64,000 nt of DNA, from the NCBI GenBank assembly GCA_963816395.1, contig CAWFKQ010000005.1:334156-398155 (forward strand). Reading direction: 5' to 3'. Under the pieces are notes generated by a model. That model was not told the DNA's origin. It saw nothing but the letters and a program-made list of their open reading frames with translations, and did no database searches. The DNA comes from an uncultured delta proteobacterium. Its GTDB lineage: Bacteria > Desulfobacterota > Desulfuromonadia > Desulfuromonadales > JACZKF01. Positions 49,043-61,368 of the stretch are shown here, one piece after another (the first letter of the stretch is position 1; the number at the start of each line of letters is the position of its first letter). The position numbers were made by a program, and so were the translations under genes.

Positions 49043-50740
49043 TCAGGACGCCAACACCATTTCATTCAAACCGGCGCCGGCGGGTACCATCGGCAGGACA
49101 TTCTCCTCCCGGGCCACCTTGAACTCCATGATCACCGGCCCCGGAGTCTCCAGGGCCTGGCGAATTACGCCCTCCACCTCATCCGGCCGGGTGGCGCGCA
49201 AGCCGGCAGCACCATAGGCTTCGGCGAGTTTGGCAAAATCGATGGGGAGTTCGAGGCAGGTCTGGCTGTAGCGGCGGTTGAAGAAAAGCTGCTGCCACTG
49301 GCGTACCATGCCGAGAAAATTATTGTTGAGAATAGCAATCTTCACCGGCAGACGATACTGCACCAGGGTCGCCATTTCCTGAGAATTCATCTGAAAGGAG
49401 CCGTCGCCGGAGATGTCGATCACCTGCCGGTCGGGGTAGGCGGCCTGCGCCCCGAGAGCCGCCGGCAAGCCGAAACCCATGGTGCCGAGACCGCCGGAGC
49501 TCAGGAAGGTACGCGCCTGGCGAAAATCGAAGAACTGAGCGGTCCACATCTGGTGCTGCCCGACTTCAGTGGTGACAATGGCGTCATCGGCGGTCAACTC
49601 GCGGAGCTTCTCAATGACGTACTGCGGCTTGATCACCGAAGAGGACGGCTGGTATCCCATCGGATGCTCTTCTTTCCAGCGGTTGATCTCGAGCAGCCAG
49701 GGTGCCGCTTCGGCGGTCAATTCACGGACCGCTTCATCCTGATCCCGCAGCTTTTTAACCATCTTCTGCAGGACATCCTTGAGATCGCCAACGATCGGCA
49801 GGTCAACCCGCACGTTTTTTTTGATCGAGGTCGGATCGATGTCGATGTGGATGATCTTGGCATCCGGAGCGAAAGTAGCTATCTTCCCGGTCACCCGGTC
49901 ATCGAAGCGGGCACCGACGGCAATCAGCAGGTCGCAATGAGTGACGGCCATGTTGGCGTAGTAGGTGCCGTGCATACCCAGCATTCCCAGGGAGAGGGGA
50001 TGGTGGCGAGGGAAGGAGGACATTCCCATCAGGGTGGTGGTGACTGGCGCCTGCACTGTTTCGGCGAAACGGAGAAGTTCCTTTGAGGCGTCGCAGGAAG
50101 AGGCTCCACCACCGACATAGATCACCGGTTTGCGAGCCCCCAAGATCATCTTCACCGCCTTTTCCACCTGGCGCAGATTTCCGCTGTAAGTTGGTTTGTA
50201 GCCGCGCAGTTCGACCGTTTCCGGGTACTCGAACTTGGTGGTGGCAATCTGTACGTCCTTGGGCAGGTCAATCAGCACCGGCCCGGGTCGGCCGGTCCGG
50301 GCGATATAGAAGGCCTGTTTGACGATCCGGGCAAGGTCTCGGACATCCTTGACCAGATAATTGTGCTTGGTTACCGGTCGGGTAATGCCGATGATGTCGG
50401 CCTCCTGAAAGGCATCATTACCGATCAGCGGAGTAGGGACCTGGCCGGTGATCACAACCAGAGGAATCGAGTCCATGTAGGCGGTGGCAATCCCGGTGAT
50501 GGTGTTGGTGGCACCCGGTCCGCTGGTGGCGATGGCAACCCCCACCTTGCCGCTCGCCCGGGCATAGCCGTCGGCCGCGTGTACGGCCGCCTGCTCATGA
50601 CGGGTCAGGATATGGCGGATAGAGGAATCCATCAGGTCATCATAAATATTGATGACTGTTCCACCCGGATAGCCGAAAACGGTGTCGACCCCTTCCAGCC
50701 GCAGGCACTCCAGAAGAATTTGAGATCCGGTCTTTTTCAC
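49043..50740 (-). CDS. ilvB: Acetolactate synthase large (catalytic) subunit
   Basis: Intact 565 aa; [27 protein letters not shown]..; ThDP motif ..[16 protein letters not shown].. Confidence 0.95.
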   Translation of the reverse strand: MKKTGSQILLECLRLEGVDTVFGYPGGTVINIYDDLMDSSIRHILTRHEQAAVHAADGYARASGKVGVAIATSGPGATNTITGIATAYMDSIPLVVITGQVPTPLIGNDAFQEADIIGITRPVTKHNYLVKDVRDLARIVKQAFYIARTGRPGPVLIDLPKDVQIATTKFEYPETVELRGYKPTYSGNLRQVEKAVKMILGARKPVIYVGGGASSCDASKELLRFAETVQAPVTTTLMGMSSFPRHHPLSLGMLGMHGTYYANMAVTHCDLLIAVGARFDDRVTGKIATFAPDAKIIHIDIDPTSIKKNVRVDLPIVGDLKDVLQKMVKKLRDQDEAVRELTAEAAPWLLEINRWKEEHPMGYQPSSSVIKPQYVIEKLRELTADDAIVTTEVGQHQMWTAQFFDFRQARTFLSSGGLGTMGFGLPAALGAQAAYPDRQVIDISGDGSFQMNSQEMATLVQYRLPVKIAILNNNFLGMVRQWQQLFFNRRYSQTCLELPIDFAKLAEAYGAAGLRATRPDEVEGVIRQALETPGPVIMEFKVAREENVLPMVPAGAGLNEMVLAS

Positions 50741-50765
50741 AAGGCCTCCTTAAAACAAAAGCACA

Positions 50766-52433
50766 TCATGCCTGAGTCACTGCTCCGGTGCCGGCGGAGG
50801 TAACCACCGCCGCGTAGCGAGCCAGCCAGCCAGTTTTGATCTTCGGCTCAGGCTTTCGCCAGTTGGCCCGACGGCCAGCCAGGGTATTTTCATCCACCAG
50901 CAGCTCCAGGCGCCTGGCGGGGATATCGAGACGGATGCGATCCCCCTCCTCGATCAGAGCGATCGGCCCACCTTCGGCGGCTTCCGGGGAGATATGCCCG
51001 ATGCACGGCCCGCGGGTGCCGCCGGAAAAGCGTCCGTCGGTAATCAGGGCGACGCTTTCGCCGAGTCCGAGTCCCATCAGGGTGGCGGTGGGGGCGAGCA
51101 TTTCGCGCATACCGGGACCGCCCTTCGGCCCTTCATAGCGGATGACTGCGACATCGCCGGCGACAATGTGTCCGCCCATCAGGGCCTCCATGGCCGCCTC
51201 CTCGGAATTGAAGCAGCGGGCGCGGCCTTCGAAGACCATCATTTTCTCCGAAACCCCTGACTGTTTGACCACCGCCCCGTCGGGCGCAAGATTGCCCCGC
51301 AGAATGGCGATTCCTCCTTCCGGACGTACCGGATCGGACATGGGATGCACCACCTCGGCGTCGACATCGGCGACACTGGCGATAATCTCCCGCACCGTCG
51401 GTCCGGTGAGAGTGGGATTGTCGAGGATCCGCTCGCGCAGTTGCCAGAGGACGGCCGGCACACCGCCGGCGGCGTCCAGGTCTTCCATGAAATGCACCCC
51501 GCCCGGGTTCATCGAAGCGAGTTGGGGGGTTTCCCGACTCAGCCGGTCGAAGGCGTCCAGGGGCAGATCGACTCCGGCTTCCCGGGCGATGGCGAGCAGG
51601 TGCAGCACGGTATTGGAGGAGCCGCCCAAGGCCAGGTCAACCCGGATGGCATTCTCAAAGGCCTCCCGGGTGAGGATCTGCCGGGGAGTAATTCCGGCGC
51701 GCACCAGTTCCACAATCCGTTCCCCGGAGGCGAAGGCGATCCGCCGCTTGAGGGAAGAGACGGCCAGGGCGGTGCCGCAACGCACCAGGCTCATCCCCAT
51801 GGTCTCGGTAAGAATGGCCATGGTGTTGGCAGTGAACAGCCCCTGGCAACTGCCGGCGGTGGGGCAGGCCTGGTCTTCGCACACCAGCAGTTCCTGGGCA
51901 TCGATCACCCCGGCCTTGTAGCGGGCCATCGCCTCGAAGGTGTCGGTGACGAAGGAAAACCGCCGGCCATCCCGGCCGCGGCCGGCCATCATCGGGCCGG
52001 CGGTGACCACCAGACAGGGGATGTCGAGCCGGGCAGCCGCCATCAGCATTCCAGGGGTTATCTTGTCGCAGTTGGTGAGCAGCACCAGTCCATCCAGGCG
52101 GTGGGCCTCGGCGACCGATTCAATCATGTCGGCAATCAGCTCCCGGGTCGGCAGGGAGTAATGCATGCCCCGGTGACCCATGGCAATGCCGTCGCACACC
52201 CCGGGGATGCCGAAAAAGAAGGAATAGCCACCGCCGGTATGCACCCCTTTCTCAATGAACCGCTCCAGATCCCGCATCCCGGAATGACCGGGAATCAGAT
52301 CAGAGAAGGAAGTGGCGACACCGATGAAGGGCTTGCCCATTTCCTCGCGGGGAACGCCGGTCCCCAGGAGGAGGGCGCGGTGCGGGGTGCGTTCGAAACC
52401 CTGGGTGATAAGATCGCTGCGCTTGCTGGTCAT
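50766..52433 (-). CDS. ilvD: Dihydroxy-acid dehydratase
   Basis: Intact 555 aa; ..[35 protein letters not shown].. Confidence 0.95.
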   Translation of the reverse strand: MTSKRSDLITQGFERTPHRALLLGTGVPREEMGKPFIGVATSFSDLIPGHSGMRDLERFIEKGVHTGGGYSFFFGIPGVCDGIAMGHRGMHYSLPTRELIADMIESVAEAHRLDGLVLLTNCDKITPGMLMAAARLDIPCLVVTAGPMMAGRGRDGRRFSFVTDTFEAMARYKAGVIDAQELLVCEDQACPTAGSCQGLFTANTMAILTETMGMSLVRCGTALAVSSLKRRIAFASGERIVELVRAGITPRQILTREAFENAIRVDLALGGSSNTVLHLLAIAREAGVDLPLDAFDRLSRETPQLASMNPGGVHFMEDLDAAGGVPAVLWQLRERILDNPTLTGPTVREIIASVADVDAEVVHPMSDPVRPEGGIAILRGNLAPDGAVVKQSGVSEKMMVFEGRARCFNSEEAAMEALMGGHIVAGDVAVIRYEGPKGGPGMREMLAPTATLMGLGLGESVALITDGRFSGGTRGPCIGHISPEAAEGGPIALIEEGDRIRLDIPARRLELLVDENTLAGRRANWRKPEPKIKTGWLARYAAVVTSAGTGAVTQA

Positions 52434-52465
52434 GAAATCCGTTGTCCCTTTCTCTGCTTCGGCCA

Positions 52466-52500
52466 GATAATAAAGACAGGGGCGAACTCGCCCCTGTCTG
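52466..52500 (-). terminator. Rho-independent terminator after the DUF465-like gene
   Basis: GACAGGGGCGAguucGCCCCUGUC (52475..52498), followed by UUUAUUAU. Confidence 0.7.
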
Positions 52501-52606
52501 CCGAAGCCTGGCCGTCCCGGCAGTTGAATTTACCGTCTACATTCGGTATGGAGGGGAAAAACCCGGAATGACTTTCCGGGCCAATGCCCTTTTTATGCGC
52601 CGTTGA

Positions 52607-52828
52607 TTACTGGCGGCCGCTCTTCAGCATGCGGACCATCTCGTCCTTGCCCGCAAGCTTGAGTTTCTGGATTTTTTTCCTCACGAGTTCATCATCCGCT
52701 GACAGGTAGGGTCGTGAATCGAAGCTCAGGAGTTCTTTCTCAAGCAGCAGGTGCTCTTCGTAGAGCAAGCGAAAACGCGGGTTTTCGTCTACCAACTGCC
52801 GTACCCTGGACTGATCCAGTTCCTCCAT
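52607..52828 (-). CDS. YdcH/DUF465-like small coiled-coil protein
   Basis: 73 aa; MEELDQSRVRQLVDENPRFRLLYEEHLLLEKEL..LKLAGKDEMVRML.. Confidence 0.7.
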   Translation of the reverse strand: MEELDQSRVRQLVDENPRFRLLYEEHLLLEKELLSFDSRPYLSADDELVRKKIQKLKLAGKDEMVRMLKSGRQ

Positions 52829-52876
52829 CGTTCACCTCCCGAGAAAGGGTTGACAAAGAGCGAAAAATGCCATTTT

Positions 52877-52905
52877 AAAATATCGAAACCCCAGGTTGAT
52901 GTCAA
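52877..52905 (-). promoter_or_regulatory. Candidate sigma-70 promoter for the DUF465-like gene
   Basis: Minus strand TTGACA (52900..52905), 17-nt spacer, TATTTT (52877..52882), about 45 nt upstream of ATG 52828. Confidence 0.4.
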
Positions 52906-53619
52906 CATTCATTGAAGTTTTCGGCGGCTCGTCGGGCCCAGAGATTTTCCGCCTCGGAACGACGGATGTAATGCGGCGTCAGTTGGCGAAGAGGAACAAC
53001 GTTACCGAGCCGCAAATCGGCCAGGGCGAGGGCGGCGGCATGCCCGGCGCGCGGAGACTGCTGCGGCCAGGGAAGAAAATGGGCACGGACGCCAAGTCGG
53101 TGGACGATCACAGGCCGATATGCGGCGGCGCCGCTACCGACAAAGAGCACCTCATCCCGCAGGGTGTCGAGAAGGACCTCAGGCGCCAGGACCGCCTCCT
53201 CGCCCATGGCCATGGGCCGCTCTCCATCCCACCGATAAAGGCCGGCATAGACCTCCTTTTTCCGTGCATCGAGGAGCGCGCAGACCGGAAAACGGGGGAA
53301 CGGGGCCTGCATGGCGAGGGTCCGCAGGGAGGAGACCCCGACAACGGGGCGACCGGTGGCCAGGGCGAGGCCTTTGCACGGTGGCCACCCCGACACGCAG
53401 GCCGGTAAAAGAACCGGGGCCGAGGACGACGGCAAAGGCATCGATGTCTGCCAGATCCGTTTCGGTATCGTCCAGGACCTGGCGAATACTGCGGAGCAGT
53501 CGGTCGGAGTGCGGGCTTTGCAGGTTGAGAAAGATCTCCCCGAGCAGCGTTTCGCCTCGGCTGACCGCCACACTGCCCGCCGCCGAAGCGGAATCCACGG
53601 TGAGGAGAAGTTCGGCCAT
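52902..53619 (-). CDS. tsaB: tRNA t6A37 biosynthesis protein TsaB, one apparent frameshift
   Basis: MAELLLTVDSASAAGSVAVSRGETLLGE..FAVVLGPGSFTGLRVGVATV | KGLALATGRPVVGVSSLRTLA..; change near 53377. Confidence 0.85.
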
Positions 53620-54959
53620 TTACTGGCCGCCGACGAAGAGGCGCATGATGTCATTGTAGAAGGCGAGCACCATGAGCAGCAGGATCAGCACCAGCCCGAT
53701 CTGCTGAGCGACCTCCCGGGTCCGCAGGGAAAGGGGGCGGCGAAAGATCAGTTCGTAGAGGTTGAAGAAAAGATGGCCGCCATCGAGGACAGGGATGGGA
53801 AACAGGTTCAGAATGCCGAGTTGGATGCTCAGAAATGCAAGAACCGAGAGGATGCTGGCCAGATCGGTCTGCGCGGCCTGTCCGGCGATCTGCACGACGG
53901 TGATGGGGCCGCCGATATTGCGCGCCGAGACGTGGCCTGCAGAACATCTTCTTGATGAAGATCAGGGTGAGATCAATCAGTTCCGTGCTCCGATTGAATC
54001 CAGCTTTGACCGCTTCGATCGGACCGAACCGCTTAAAAGTCGTTTCCTGCTCCGGGGCGATACCGATCAGGTACTCGGCCCCATCCGTTTTCTCCTTCAT
54101 CGGCTGGATTTGGATCTGCTGTTGCCGGCCGTCCCGCTCGATGGTAAACGTCTGGAGCCTTGCCGTCGCCTTCCTGAATGAGCTGTTTGAGATCATACCA
54201 GGAAGAGATGGAGGTATGGTCGATGGCGACGATGCGGTCGCCTTCCTGCAGGCCGGCGGCCTGCGCCGGCATCCCCGGTGCCAGGGACCCCACCACCGGC
54301 GACTGCGGCGGAAGCAGCCCGAGAGACTGCAATCCCTCCATGCTGTTCTCTTTTGCCGGCAGGGTCAGCGTTACCTGCTTCCCGTCCCTGGTGACGGCAA
54401 ACTGCAGGGGAGCCCCCGCTTGCGAGATCAACTGCCGGTTGGCCTCGGACCAGGTGGCGACGGATTCGCCGTTGATGGCAACGATACAGTCGCCAGCATG
54501 GAATCCGACCTGGCGACCAGGCGAATCGGGGGCGATGTAGCCGACGCAGGGGCGCTGATCGAGAAAAGCCGGGACCTGGACCCCGACCAGAAAGGCGAGC
54601 GGCAGGATCAAAAAAGGGAAAACGAGGTTCATGAAAGGTCCGGCGGCGATGATCGCGGTTCGGCGGGAAACCGGCTGCTCGGCAAAGGATCGCCGCTTTT
54701 CTTCCGGCGAAAGCTCCGCTGCCGCACCCTCGCCTTCCTCCCCGCCCCCTTCGCCGAGCATCTGCACATAGCCTCCGAGGGGCACGGCGCAGATCATGTA
54801 CTCCGTCTCTCCCCACTGGCGGGAAACCAGGCGGGGGCCAAAGCCGAGGGAAAATTTAAGGACCTTTACTCCGGACAGCTTGGCCACGCAGAAATGCCCG
54901 AACTCGTGGACGAAGACCAGGATGCCGAGCATGACGATACCTGCGATGACAGTAAGCAT
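53620..54959 (-). CDS. rseP: RIP zinc metalloprotease RseP (site-2 protease), two apparent frameshifts
   Basis: ATG 54959: MLTVIAGIVMLGILVFVHEFGHFCVAKL (HExxH).. PDZ regions .. | ..TFTIERDGRQQQIQIQP.. | ..ARNIGGPITVVQIAG..NLFPIPVLDGGHLFF..; changes near 54185 and 53935. Confidence 0.85.
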
Positions 54960-54970
54960 GAAACCTCCGG

Positions 54971-56128
54971 TCAGGGGATGGAGTCGATTACCCGGCGGGC
55001 ATTGCTGCGCCCCCAACGGTCGGCGCGCAGGACTTCGTCGATGTGTCCGATGGGCCGGGACTGATGCCGGTCGAGAGTGGCTTGGATGACGGCGGGTATA
55101 TCGAGGAAACCTATCCCACCGGTGAGAAAGGATTCCACAGCAATCTCATTGGCGGCATTGAGGACGGCCGGTGCCGTTCCTCCTTCCTGCAGGGCATGGT
55201 AGGCCAGGGACAGGCAGGGAAAGCGCAGGTTATCCGGCTGTTCGAAGGTCAGCTGCCCCAGTGCGCAAAGATCGAGGGGAGAGAGGTTCAGCGGCAGTCG
55301 CTCGGGACAGGAAAGGGCATAGGCAATGGGCGCTTTCATATCGGGAATTCCCAGCTGGGCGATTACCGATCCATCGATATATTCGACCATGGAATGGATC
55401 ACGCTCTGGGGATGAATATGGACCGAGATCTGCCCGGGCGGCAGATCAAACAGCCAGCGGGCCTCGATCACCTCCAGCCCCTTGTTCATCATCGTCGCCG
55501 AATCGATAGTGATCTTGCGCCCCATGCGCCAGTTGGGATGATCCAGCGCCTGGGCAGGAGTGACCTGCCGAAGATCGGCCAGCGTCCGGTTGCGGAAAGG
55601 CCCACCGGAGGCGGTCAGGATGAGGCGGCGCACGTCTTCCCGGCGATGCCCCTGCAGCGACTGGAAGATGGCCGAGTGTTCACTGTCGACCGGGTGCAGG
55701 CGCCCGCCTTTGCGGGCTATCGCTGCCATTACCAGGGGGCCCGCCATCACCAGGGTTTCCTTGTTCGCCAGGGCAATGTCCTTGCCGGCCTCGATGGCAG
55801 CCATGGTCGGAACCAGGCCAGCCGCCCCGACAATGGCCGACACCACGGTGTCGACGTCGCCCGAGGCGGCGCAGGCGATCAGCCCCTCCACTCCGACCAG
55901 AATCTCCGGTCGGCCGGCGCCGAGGCGGCGGCGTAACTGGCTCGCCTGTTCCGCGGTCAGCACGGCGACCATCTGCGGGTGGAAGCGGTGAATCTGCTCC
56001 TCCAACCGGTCGAGATTATTGCCGGCGGTAAGGGTGACCACCCGGAACCGGTCAGGATTCCCGGCAACGACCTCAAGGGTGCTAACCCCGATAGAACCGG
56101 TTGATCCGAGAATGCCGAGATTCTTCAT
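54971..56128 (-). CDS. dxr: 1-deoxy-D-xylulose 5-phosphate reductoisomerase
   Basis: ATG 56128 (ATGA overlap with cdsA): [21 protein letters not shown].. Confidence 0.95.
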   Translation of the reverse strand: MKNLGILGSTGSIGVSTLEVVAGNPDRFRVVTLTAGNNLDRLEEQIHRFHPQMVAVLTAEQASQLRRRLGAGRPEILVGVEGLIACAASGDVDTVVSAIVGAAGLVPTMAAIEAGKDIALANKETLVMAGPLVMAAIARKGGRLHPVDSEHSAIFQSLQGHRREDVRRLILTASGGPFRNRTLADLRQVTPAQALDHPNWRMGRKITIDSATMMNKGLEVIEARWLFDLPPGQISVHIHPQSVIHSMVEYIDGSVIAQLGIPDMKAPIAYALSCPERLPLNLSPLDLCALGQLTFEQPDNLRFPCLSLAYHALQEGGTAPAVLNAANEIAVESFLTGGIGFLDIPAVIQATLDRHQSRPIGHIDEVLRADRWGRSNARRVIDSIP

Positions 56129-56985
56129 TTGCTCATTCCCTGTGTGCCAAAGGACCAAAGAGCATAGTAATAGATCGGTGGAAAGGCAAACAGAAGGCTG
56201 TCTAATCGATCGAGAATACCGCCGTGGCCGGGGATCATCGTCCCGGAATCCTTGACCCCGAAACTGCGCTTGAGCATTGATTCGAAAAGATCACCGAGCT
56301 GGGCCAGGGAGCCTACCACCACTCCCAGCAACAGGCAGTCGCCAACCTGCAGGGCCGGGAAAAACCAGAGCTTAGCGAGAAAAATGCCTGCCAGACTCCC
56401 CGCCAGGCCACCCACCGCACCTTCCACGCTTTTATTCGGACTGACGGCGGGATAGAGCTTGTGCCGTCCCAAATTGATGCCGACGAAATAGGCGGCTGTA
56501 TCCCCCATCATAACCAGCAGAAGGACGGTAAAAATCCATTGTCGCCCGAACGGCAGATCACGCAGCAGTGCCAGGTGGCTGAGCAGCAAAGGCAGGTAAA
56601 GGAAACCAAAGACGGCCAGCGCCAGGCGGTGCGCCACGGTTTTCAGATCATGATAGCGCAGCAGAAAGAAGATGGCGAAGAGCAACAGGGAAAAAGTAAC
56701 GGCGGACATCCTTGCGACCGGCCCGGTGAAAACCAGACAGATGGTCAGCAGAGTGCCGCCGGCAACAATCAGAAGGCGGTCGTTCACCCGCTCCCCGGGA
56801 AGTGCCATGCCGCAAAACTCGATGAGAGCCAGCAGGGCGACCAGGCAGACCAGCAGCGAGAAGAACTCCGCGCTGGCAAAGAGGATGAACAGTATCAGCA
56901 GGGGAAGCAGGATGACTCCCGTCAGGATCCGCCGTTTAATGGTTTTCCTCCCCTTCCGGCATGTTCTCCCCCTCGATCTGGGCAC
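56125..56985 (-). CDS. cdsA: Phosphatidate cytidylyltransferase (start codon uncertain)
   Basis: Multi-TM; ..[28 protein letters not shown].. CTP-transferase signature. The listed ATG overlaps uppS by 50 nt. Confidence 0.9.
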   Translation of the reverse strand: MPRSRGRTCRKGRKTIKRRILTGVILLPLLILFILFASAEFFSLLVCLVALLALIEFCGMALPGERVNDRLLIVAGGTLLTICLVFTGPVARMSAVTFSLLLFAIFFLLRYHDLKTVAHRLALAVFGFLYLPLLLSHLALLRDLPFGRQWIFTVLLLVMMGDTAAYFVGINLGRHKLYPAVSPNKSVEGAVGGLAGSLAGIFLAKLWFFPALQVGDCLLLGVVVGSLAQLGDLFESMLKRSFGVKDSGTMIPGHGGILDRLDSLLFAFPPIYYYALWSFGTQGMSK

Positions 56986-57682
56986 CGGTCAGACCGAATC
57001 GCCGCTGTCGCCTGCCGAATTCACGGAAAGCCTGGTGCAGCTCACGGCAGCCGAAATCGGGCCAAAGCACTTCGGTGAAATAGAGTTCGGTATAAGCCAG
57101 TTGCCAGAGCAGAAAGTTGCTGATCCGCATCTCGCCACTGGTCCGGATGAGAAGGTCGGGGTCAGGCATCTCGGCGGTATCGAGAGCGCCGGCCAGAACC
57201 TTGTCATCGATGCTGGCCGGATCCATGAGCCCGTTCCTCGCAGCCTCGGCCAATCGGCGGACCGCCCGCAACAGCTCGTTGCGCGCCCCATAGGAAAGGG
57301 CCAGGGTCAAAACCATCTCGGTGTTGTCGGCGGTGCGGACAATGGTATCCTCGAGGACCTGCCGCACCTCGCCGGGCAGGCGGCCGGTTTCGCCAATCAC
57401 CTTCAACCGGATGCCGCGAGCCAGCATCGTCTGCAATTCGCTTTGCAGGTAGCGGCTGAGCAGTCCCATCAGGGCACTCACTTCTTCCTCCGGTCGACGC
57501 CAGTTCTCGGAACTAAAGGCGTAGAGAGTGAGGTAGCGAAGCCCGAGGGAGCGGCATTCCTTGACAACCTCCTGGACAGTCTCCACTCCCCGGCGATGGC
57601 CGAGAATACGCGGCAGGCGGCGCTTTTCGGCCCAGCGGCCGTTGCCGTCCATGATGATGGCCAGATGGCGGGGGATGCGCAT
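56936..57682 (-). CDS. uppS: Di-trans,poly-cis-undecaprenyl-diphosphate synthase
   Basis: Intact 248 aa; MRIPRHLAIIMDGNGRWA.. Confidence 0.95.
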   Translation of the reverse strand: MRIPRHLAIIMDGNGRWAEKRRLPRILGHRRGVETVQEVVKECRSLGLRYLTLYAFSSENWRRPEEEVSALMGLLSRYLQSELQTMLARGIRLKVIGETGRLPGEVRQVLEDTIVRTADNTEMVLTLALSYGARNELLRAVRRLAEAARNGLMDPASIDDKVLAGALDTAEMPDPDLLIRTSGEMRISNFLLWQLAYTELYFTEVLWPDFGCRELHQAFREFGRRQRRFGLTGAQIEGENMPEGEENH

Positions 57683-57767
57683 GCGGAAGCTCTAACGAGA
57701 GACGCGAGTCAGAGAAAAGACAAAATTTAACACGAAAGGTCGCCCCAGGCAAGGCCGCACCCGGCGC

Positions 57768-57801
57768 AAAATAAGAAAGGGGCGCCCACTAACGGCGCCC
57801 C
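57768..57801 (-). terminator. Rho-independent terminator after the ferredoxin gene
   Basis: GGGGCGCC-guuagug-GGCGCCCC (57779..57801), followed by UUUCUUAUUUU. Confidence 0.7.
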
Positions 57802-57814
57802 CTGGCCAGCGGTG

Positions 57815-57979
57815 TTAATCGACAATCGCGTTCACCGGGCAACTGTCGAGACATGCCCGGCATTCGGTGCAGTCTTCTGAAATACCGTATTTGTCGCCCG
57901 CTTCGGCAATGGCGCCTACAGGGCAGGTATCGACACAGGTACCGCAAGCGATGCATTCGTCAGTGATTTTCAGAGCCAT
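57815..57979 (-). CDS. Small 2x[4Fe-4S] ferredoxin (54 aa), absent from the ORF track because it is under 60 aa
   Basis: Own translation: MALKITDECIACGTCVDTCPVGAIAEAGDKYGISEDCTECRACLDSCPVNAIVD*; two CxxCxxCxxxCP clusters; AGGAGG RBS upstream. Confidence 0.85.
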   Translation of the reverse strand: MALKITDECIACGTCVDTCPVGAIAEAGDKYGISEDCTECRACLDSCPVNAIVD

Positions 57980-58023
57980 GATAGTTCCTCCTTTGTTTTT
58001 TGGGTACTGTCGCGAAATCCGAA

Positions 58024-58581
58024 TCAGATTTCCATTACTTCTTTTTCCTTGACGGCCACGACCTCATCAATCTTCTTCACGTAAAGATCGGTGAGATCCT
58101 GGATTTCTTTTTCGCCATGTTTCATCTCGTCTTCCGAGATCTCTTTGCTCTTTCCCATCTTCTTCAGGGATTCGTTGGCTTCGCGCCTGGCGTTGCGAAT
58201 GGCGATTTTGGCTTCCTCTCCCATCCGCTTGGTCAACTTCACCATATCCCGGCGACGCTCCTCGGTCAGGGAGGGGATGGCAATGCGCACCAGTTGACCG
58301 TCATTGGCAGGGTTGAGCCCCAGGTCGGATTTGAGAATAGCCTTCTCAATCTCCGGGATCAGCTTTTTTTCCCACGGCTGAATGGTAATCAGGCGCGGTT
58401 CGGGAACAGCCAGAGTACCCACTTGGTTGAGGGGGGTGGGGGTACCAAAATAATCGATCCGGATATCGTCCAGCAGCGCCGCCGATGCGCGGCCGGTACG
58501 GACCTTGGCGAAGTCCTTTTTCAGAGCGTCAATGGCCTTCTCCATCCCGGCACGAGTTCTGCCAACAACATCCTTGACCAT
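58024..58581 (-). CDS. frr: Ribosome recycling factor
   Basis: ATG 58581: [38 protein letters not shown].. Confidence 0.95.
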   Translation of the reverse strand: MVKDVVGRTRAGMEKAIDALKKDFAKVRTGRASAALLDDIRIDYFGTPTPLNQVGTLAVPEPRLITIQPWEKKLIPEIEKAILKSDLGLNPANDGQLVRIAIPSLTEERRRDMVKLTKRMGEEAKIAIRNARREANESLKKMGKSKEISEDEMKHGEKEIQDLTDLYVKKIDEVVAVKEKEVMEI

Positions 58582-58585
58582 GGGA

Positions 58586-59344
<759 letters not shown>

Positions 59345-60256
59345 TTATTTGGTTAGCGAGGCCACTTCGGCCGCAAAATCGTCTTCTTTCTTCTCCAGCC
59401 CTTCACCAAGCTGAAAACGGACGAAGCGGGTCAGCCGGACCTCTCCGCCGACCTGTTTAGCAAGGTTGTCGACTACCTTCTGCACCTTCTGGTCCGGGTC
59501 GATGACGTACGCCTGTTCGAGGAGACAAACTTCGCCGAAAAACTTATTCACCTGCCCCTCGATAATTTTTTCGATGATGTTTTCAGGCTTGCCGCTCTCC
59601 TTGGCCTTGGCCCGCATGATCTCCTTTTCCTTTTCGACCACCGCCGCGGGAACCTCCTGGCGGTCAAGGAATTGGGGATTGGCAGCGGCCACATGCATGG
59701 CTAACTGGCGGGCGGCGCTGGCGACCCGCTCATCACCCGCCTGAGCGGTGGCGAGTTCGACCATAACCCCTATCTTGCCGGCACCGTGCACATAGGAGGC
59801 GATTATACCGGAAGGGACTTCAAAGCGGGCGAAACGTCGGATATTGATGTTCTCACCGATCGTTGCCACCTGGTGAATCTGCTCTTCGCCGATACTGCGG
59901 CCGGTGCCAGGGAAAGCCAGGATCTTGAGCGCCTCCAGGTCCGCCGGGGCCTGTTCCAGCACCACTTCGGCGACTCCGGCGGCGAAGAATTGAAAGCTAT
60001 CGTTCTTAGCAACGAAATCGGTCTCGGCATTAACCTCGACGACAGCCCCCCGATTCCCTTCACCGGCAGTGACCACCAGCCCTTCGGCGGCGACGCGGCC
60101 GGACTTCTTGGCGGCGGCGGAAAGACCCTTCTTGCGCAGGATATCGACAGCTTCATCCATGTTGCCATTGGCCTCAGTCAAGGCCTTTTTACAATCCATC
60201 ATGCCTGCGCCAGTCTTGCCACGCAGGTCAGCGACCATCGATGCGGTAATACTCAC
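59345..60256 (-). CDS. tsf: Elongation factor Ts
   Basis: GGAGG then GTG 60256: (M)SITASMVADLRGKTGAGMMDCKKALTEANGNMDEAVDILRKKG.. Confidence 0.95.
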   Translation of the reverse strand: MSITASMVADLRGKTGAGMMDCKKALTEANGNMDEAVDILRKKGLSAAAKKSGRVAAEGLVVTAGEGNRGAVVEVNAETDFVAKNDSFQFFAAGVAEVVLEQAPADLEALKILAFPGTGRSIGEEQIHQVATIGENINIRRFARFEVPSGIIASYVHGAGKIGVMVELATAQAGDERVASAARQLAMHVAAANPQFLDRQEVPAAVVEKEKEIMRAKAKESGKPENIIEKIIEGQVNKFFGEVCLLEQAYVIDPDQKVQKVVDNLAKQVGGEVRLTRFVRFQLGEGLEKKEDDFAAEVASLTK

Positions 60257-60380
60257 GTGCAACCTCCTCTATCTGCTGACGGGCCGAACCCGTCATCATT
60301 TTCGGTGAAGCGGCCTTGACCGCCACGGGAAAAAGGCGGCCGGGTATCCGGACCGCCTTTTCATCAAGACTGTTAGCCGA

Positions 60381-61163
60381 TCAGATCTCGGCAGCTTCGG
60401 CAGGAGCTTCGGCCTCTTGCGCGGCGGCTGCTTCCGGTGCCGACTCTCCCCCCTCCGCGCTGGAGCGCAGAGAAGCCTCACGGGCCTGTGCCCCTTCCAG
60501 GCAGGCATCCGCCATACGGGCAGCAAACAACCGGATCGCCCGGATGGCGTCATCATTGCCGGGGATGATGTAATCGATGTCGTCAGGATCGCAATTCGTA
60601 TCGACTACGGCGACCACCGGAATGCCAAGCTTGCGAGCCTCCTTGACGGCGATCTGTTCTTTTTTCGGATCGATGACGAAAATCGCACCGGCCGGCCGGT
60701 GCATTCCCTTGATTCCGCCGAGGCTCCTTTCCAGCTTAGCCCTCTCACGTTCCCGTTCCAGGGCTTCCTTCTTGGTGATCAACTGGTAAGTGCCGTCCTC
60801 GGCCATCGTCTCCAGCTTCTTCAGCCGATCGATGCTCCCCTTGATGGTACTGAAGTTGGTGAGCATGCCGCCCAGCCAACGGTTATTGACGAAGAACTGA
60901 CCGGCCCGCTCGGCCTCCTCGCGGATGGAATCCTGGGCCTGCTTCTTGGTGCCGACAAAAAGGACCCGCTCCCCCTTCTCCACCGTTTCCTTGATGAAAT
61001 TGTAGGCGGTGCGGAAATATCGGACTGTTTTCTGCAGATCGATGATGTAGATGCCGTTGCGAGCCCCGAAGATATAAGGTTTCATCTTCGGATTCCAGCG
61101 CTTGGTCTGGTGGCCGAAATGAACGCCGGCCTCCAGCAGCTGCTTCATGGTGATCTGTGCCAT
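60381..61163 (-). CDS. rpsB: 30S ribosomal protein S2
   Basis: ATG 61163: [33 protein letters not shown]..; acidic/Ala-rich C-terminal tail. Confidence 0.95.
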   Translation of the reverse strand: MAQITMKQLLEAGVHFGHQTKRWNPKMKPYIFGARNGIYIIDLQKTVRYFRTAYNFIKETVEKGERVLFVGTKKQAQDSIREEAERAGQFFVNNRWLGGMLTNFSTIKGSIDRLKKLETMAEDGTYQLITKKEALERERERAKLERSLGGIKGMHRPAGAIFVIDPKKEQIAVKEARKLGIPVVAVVDTNCDPDDIDYIIPGNDDAIRAIRLFAARMADACLEGAQAREASLRSSAEGGESAPEAAAAQEAEAPAEAAEI

Positions 61164-61368
61164 GTTTCGATTCTCCTCGTTCGGTTTCTGCCTCCGCCCC
61201 GTTCCTTCCCGCCGGGACTCCGGCACCCTTGCCGGAGACCTCCCGAACAGGTCCGGGGGCGTGCGATTTAGTAACGTGTCTCTATACCATGCGCCCCCCG
61301 GCAAGGCAAGGGGAAAATGCCCCGAATCCGGTTTACAAGGGGCCGCAACTGTATTAGAATTTGCGGTC

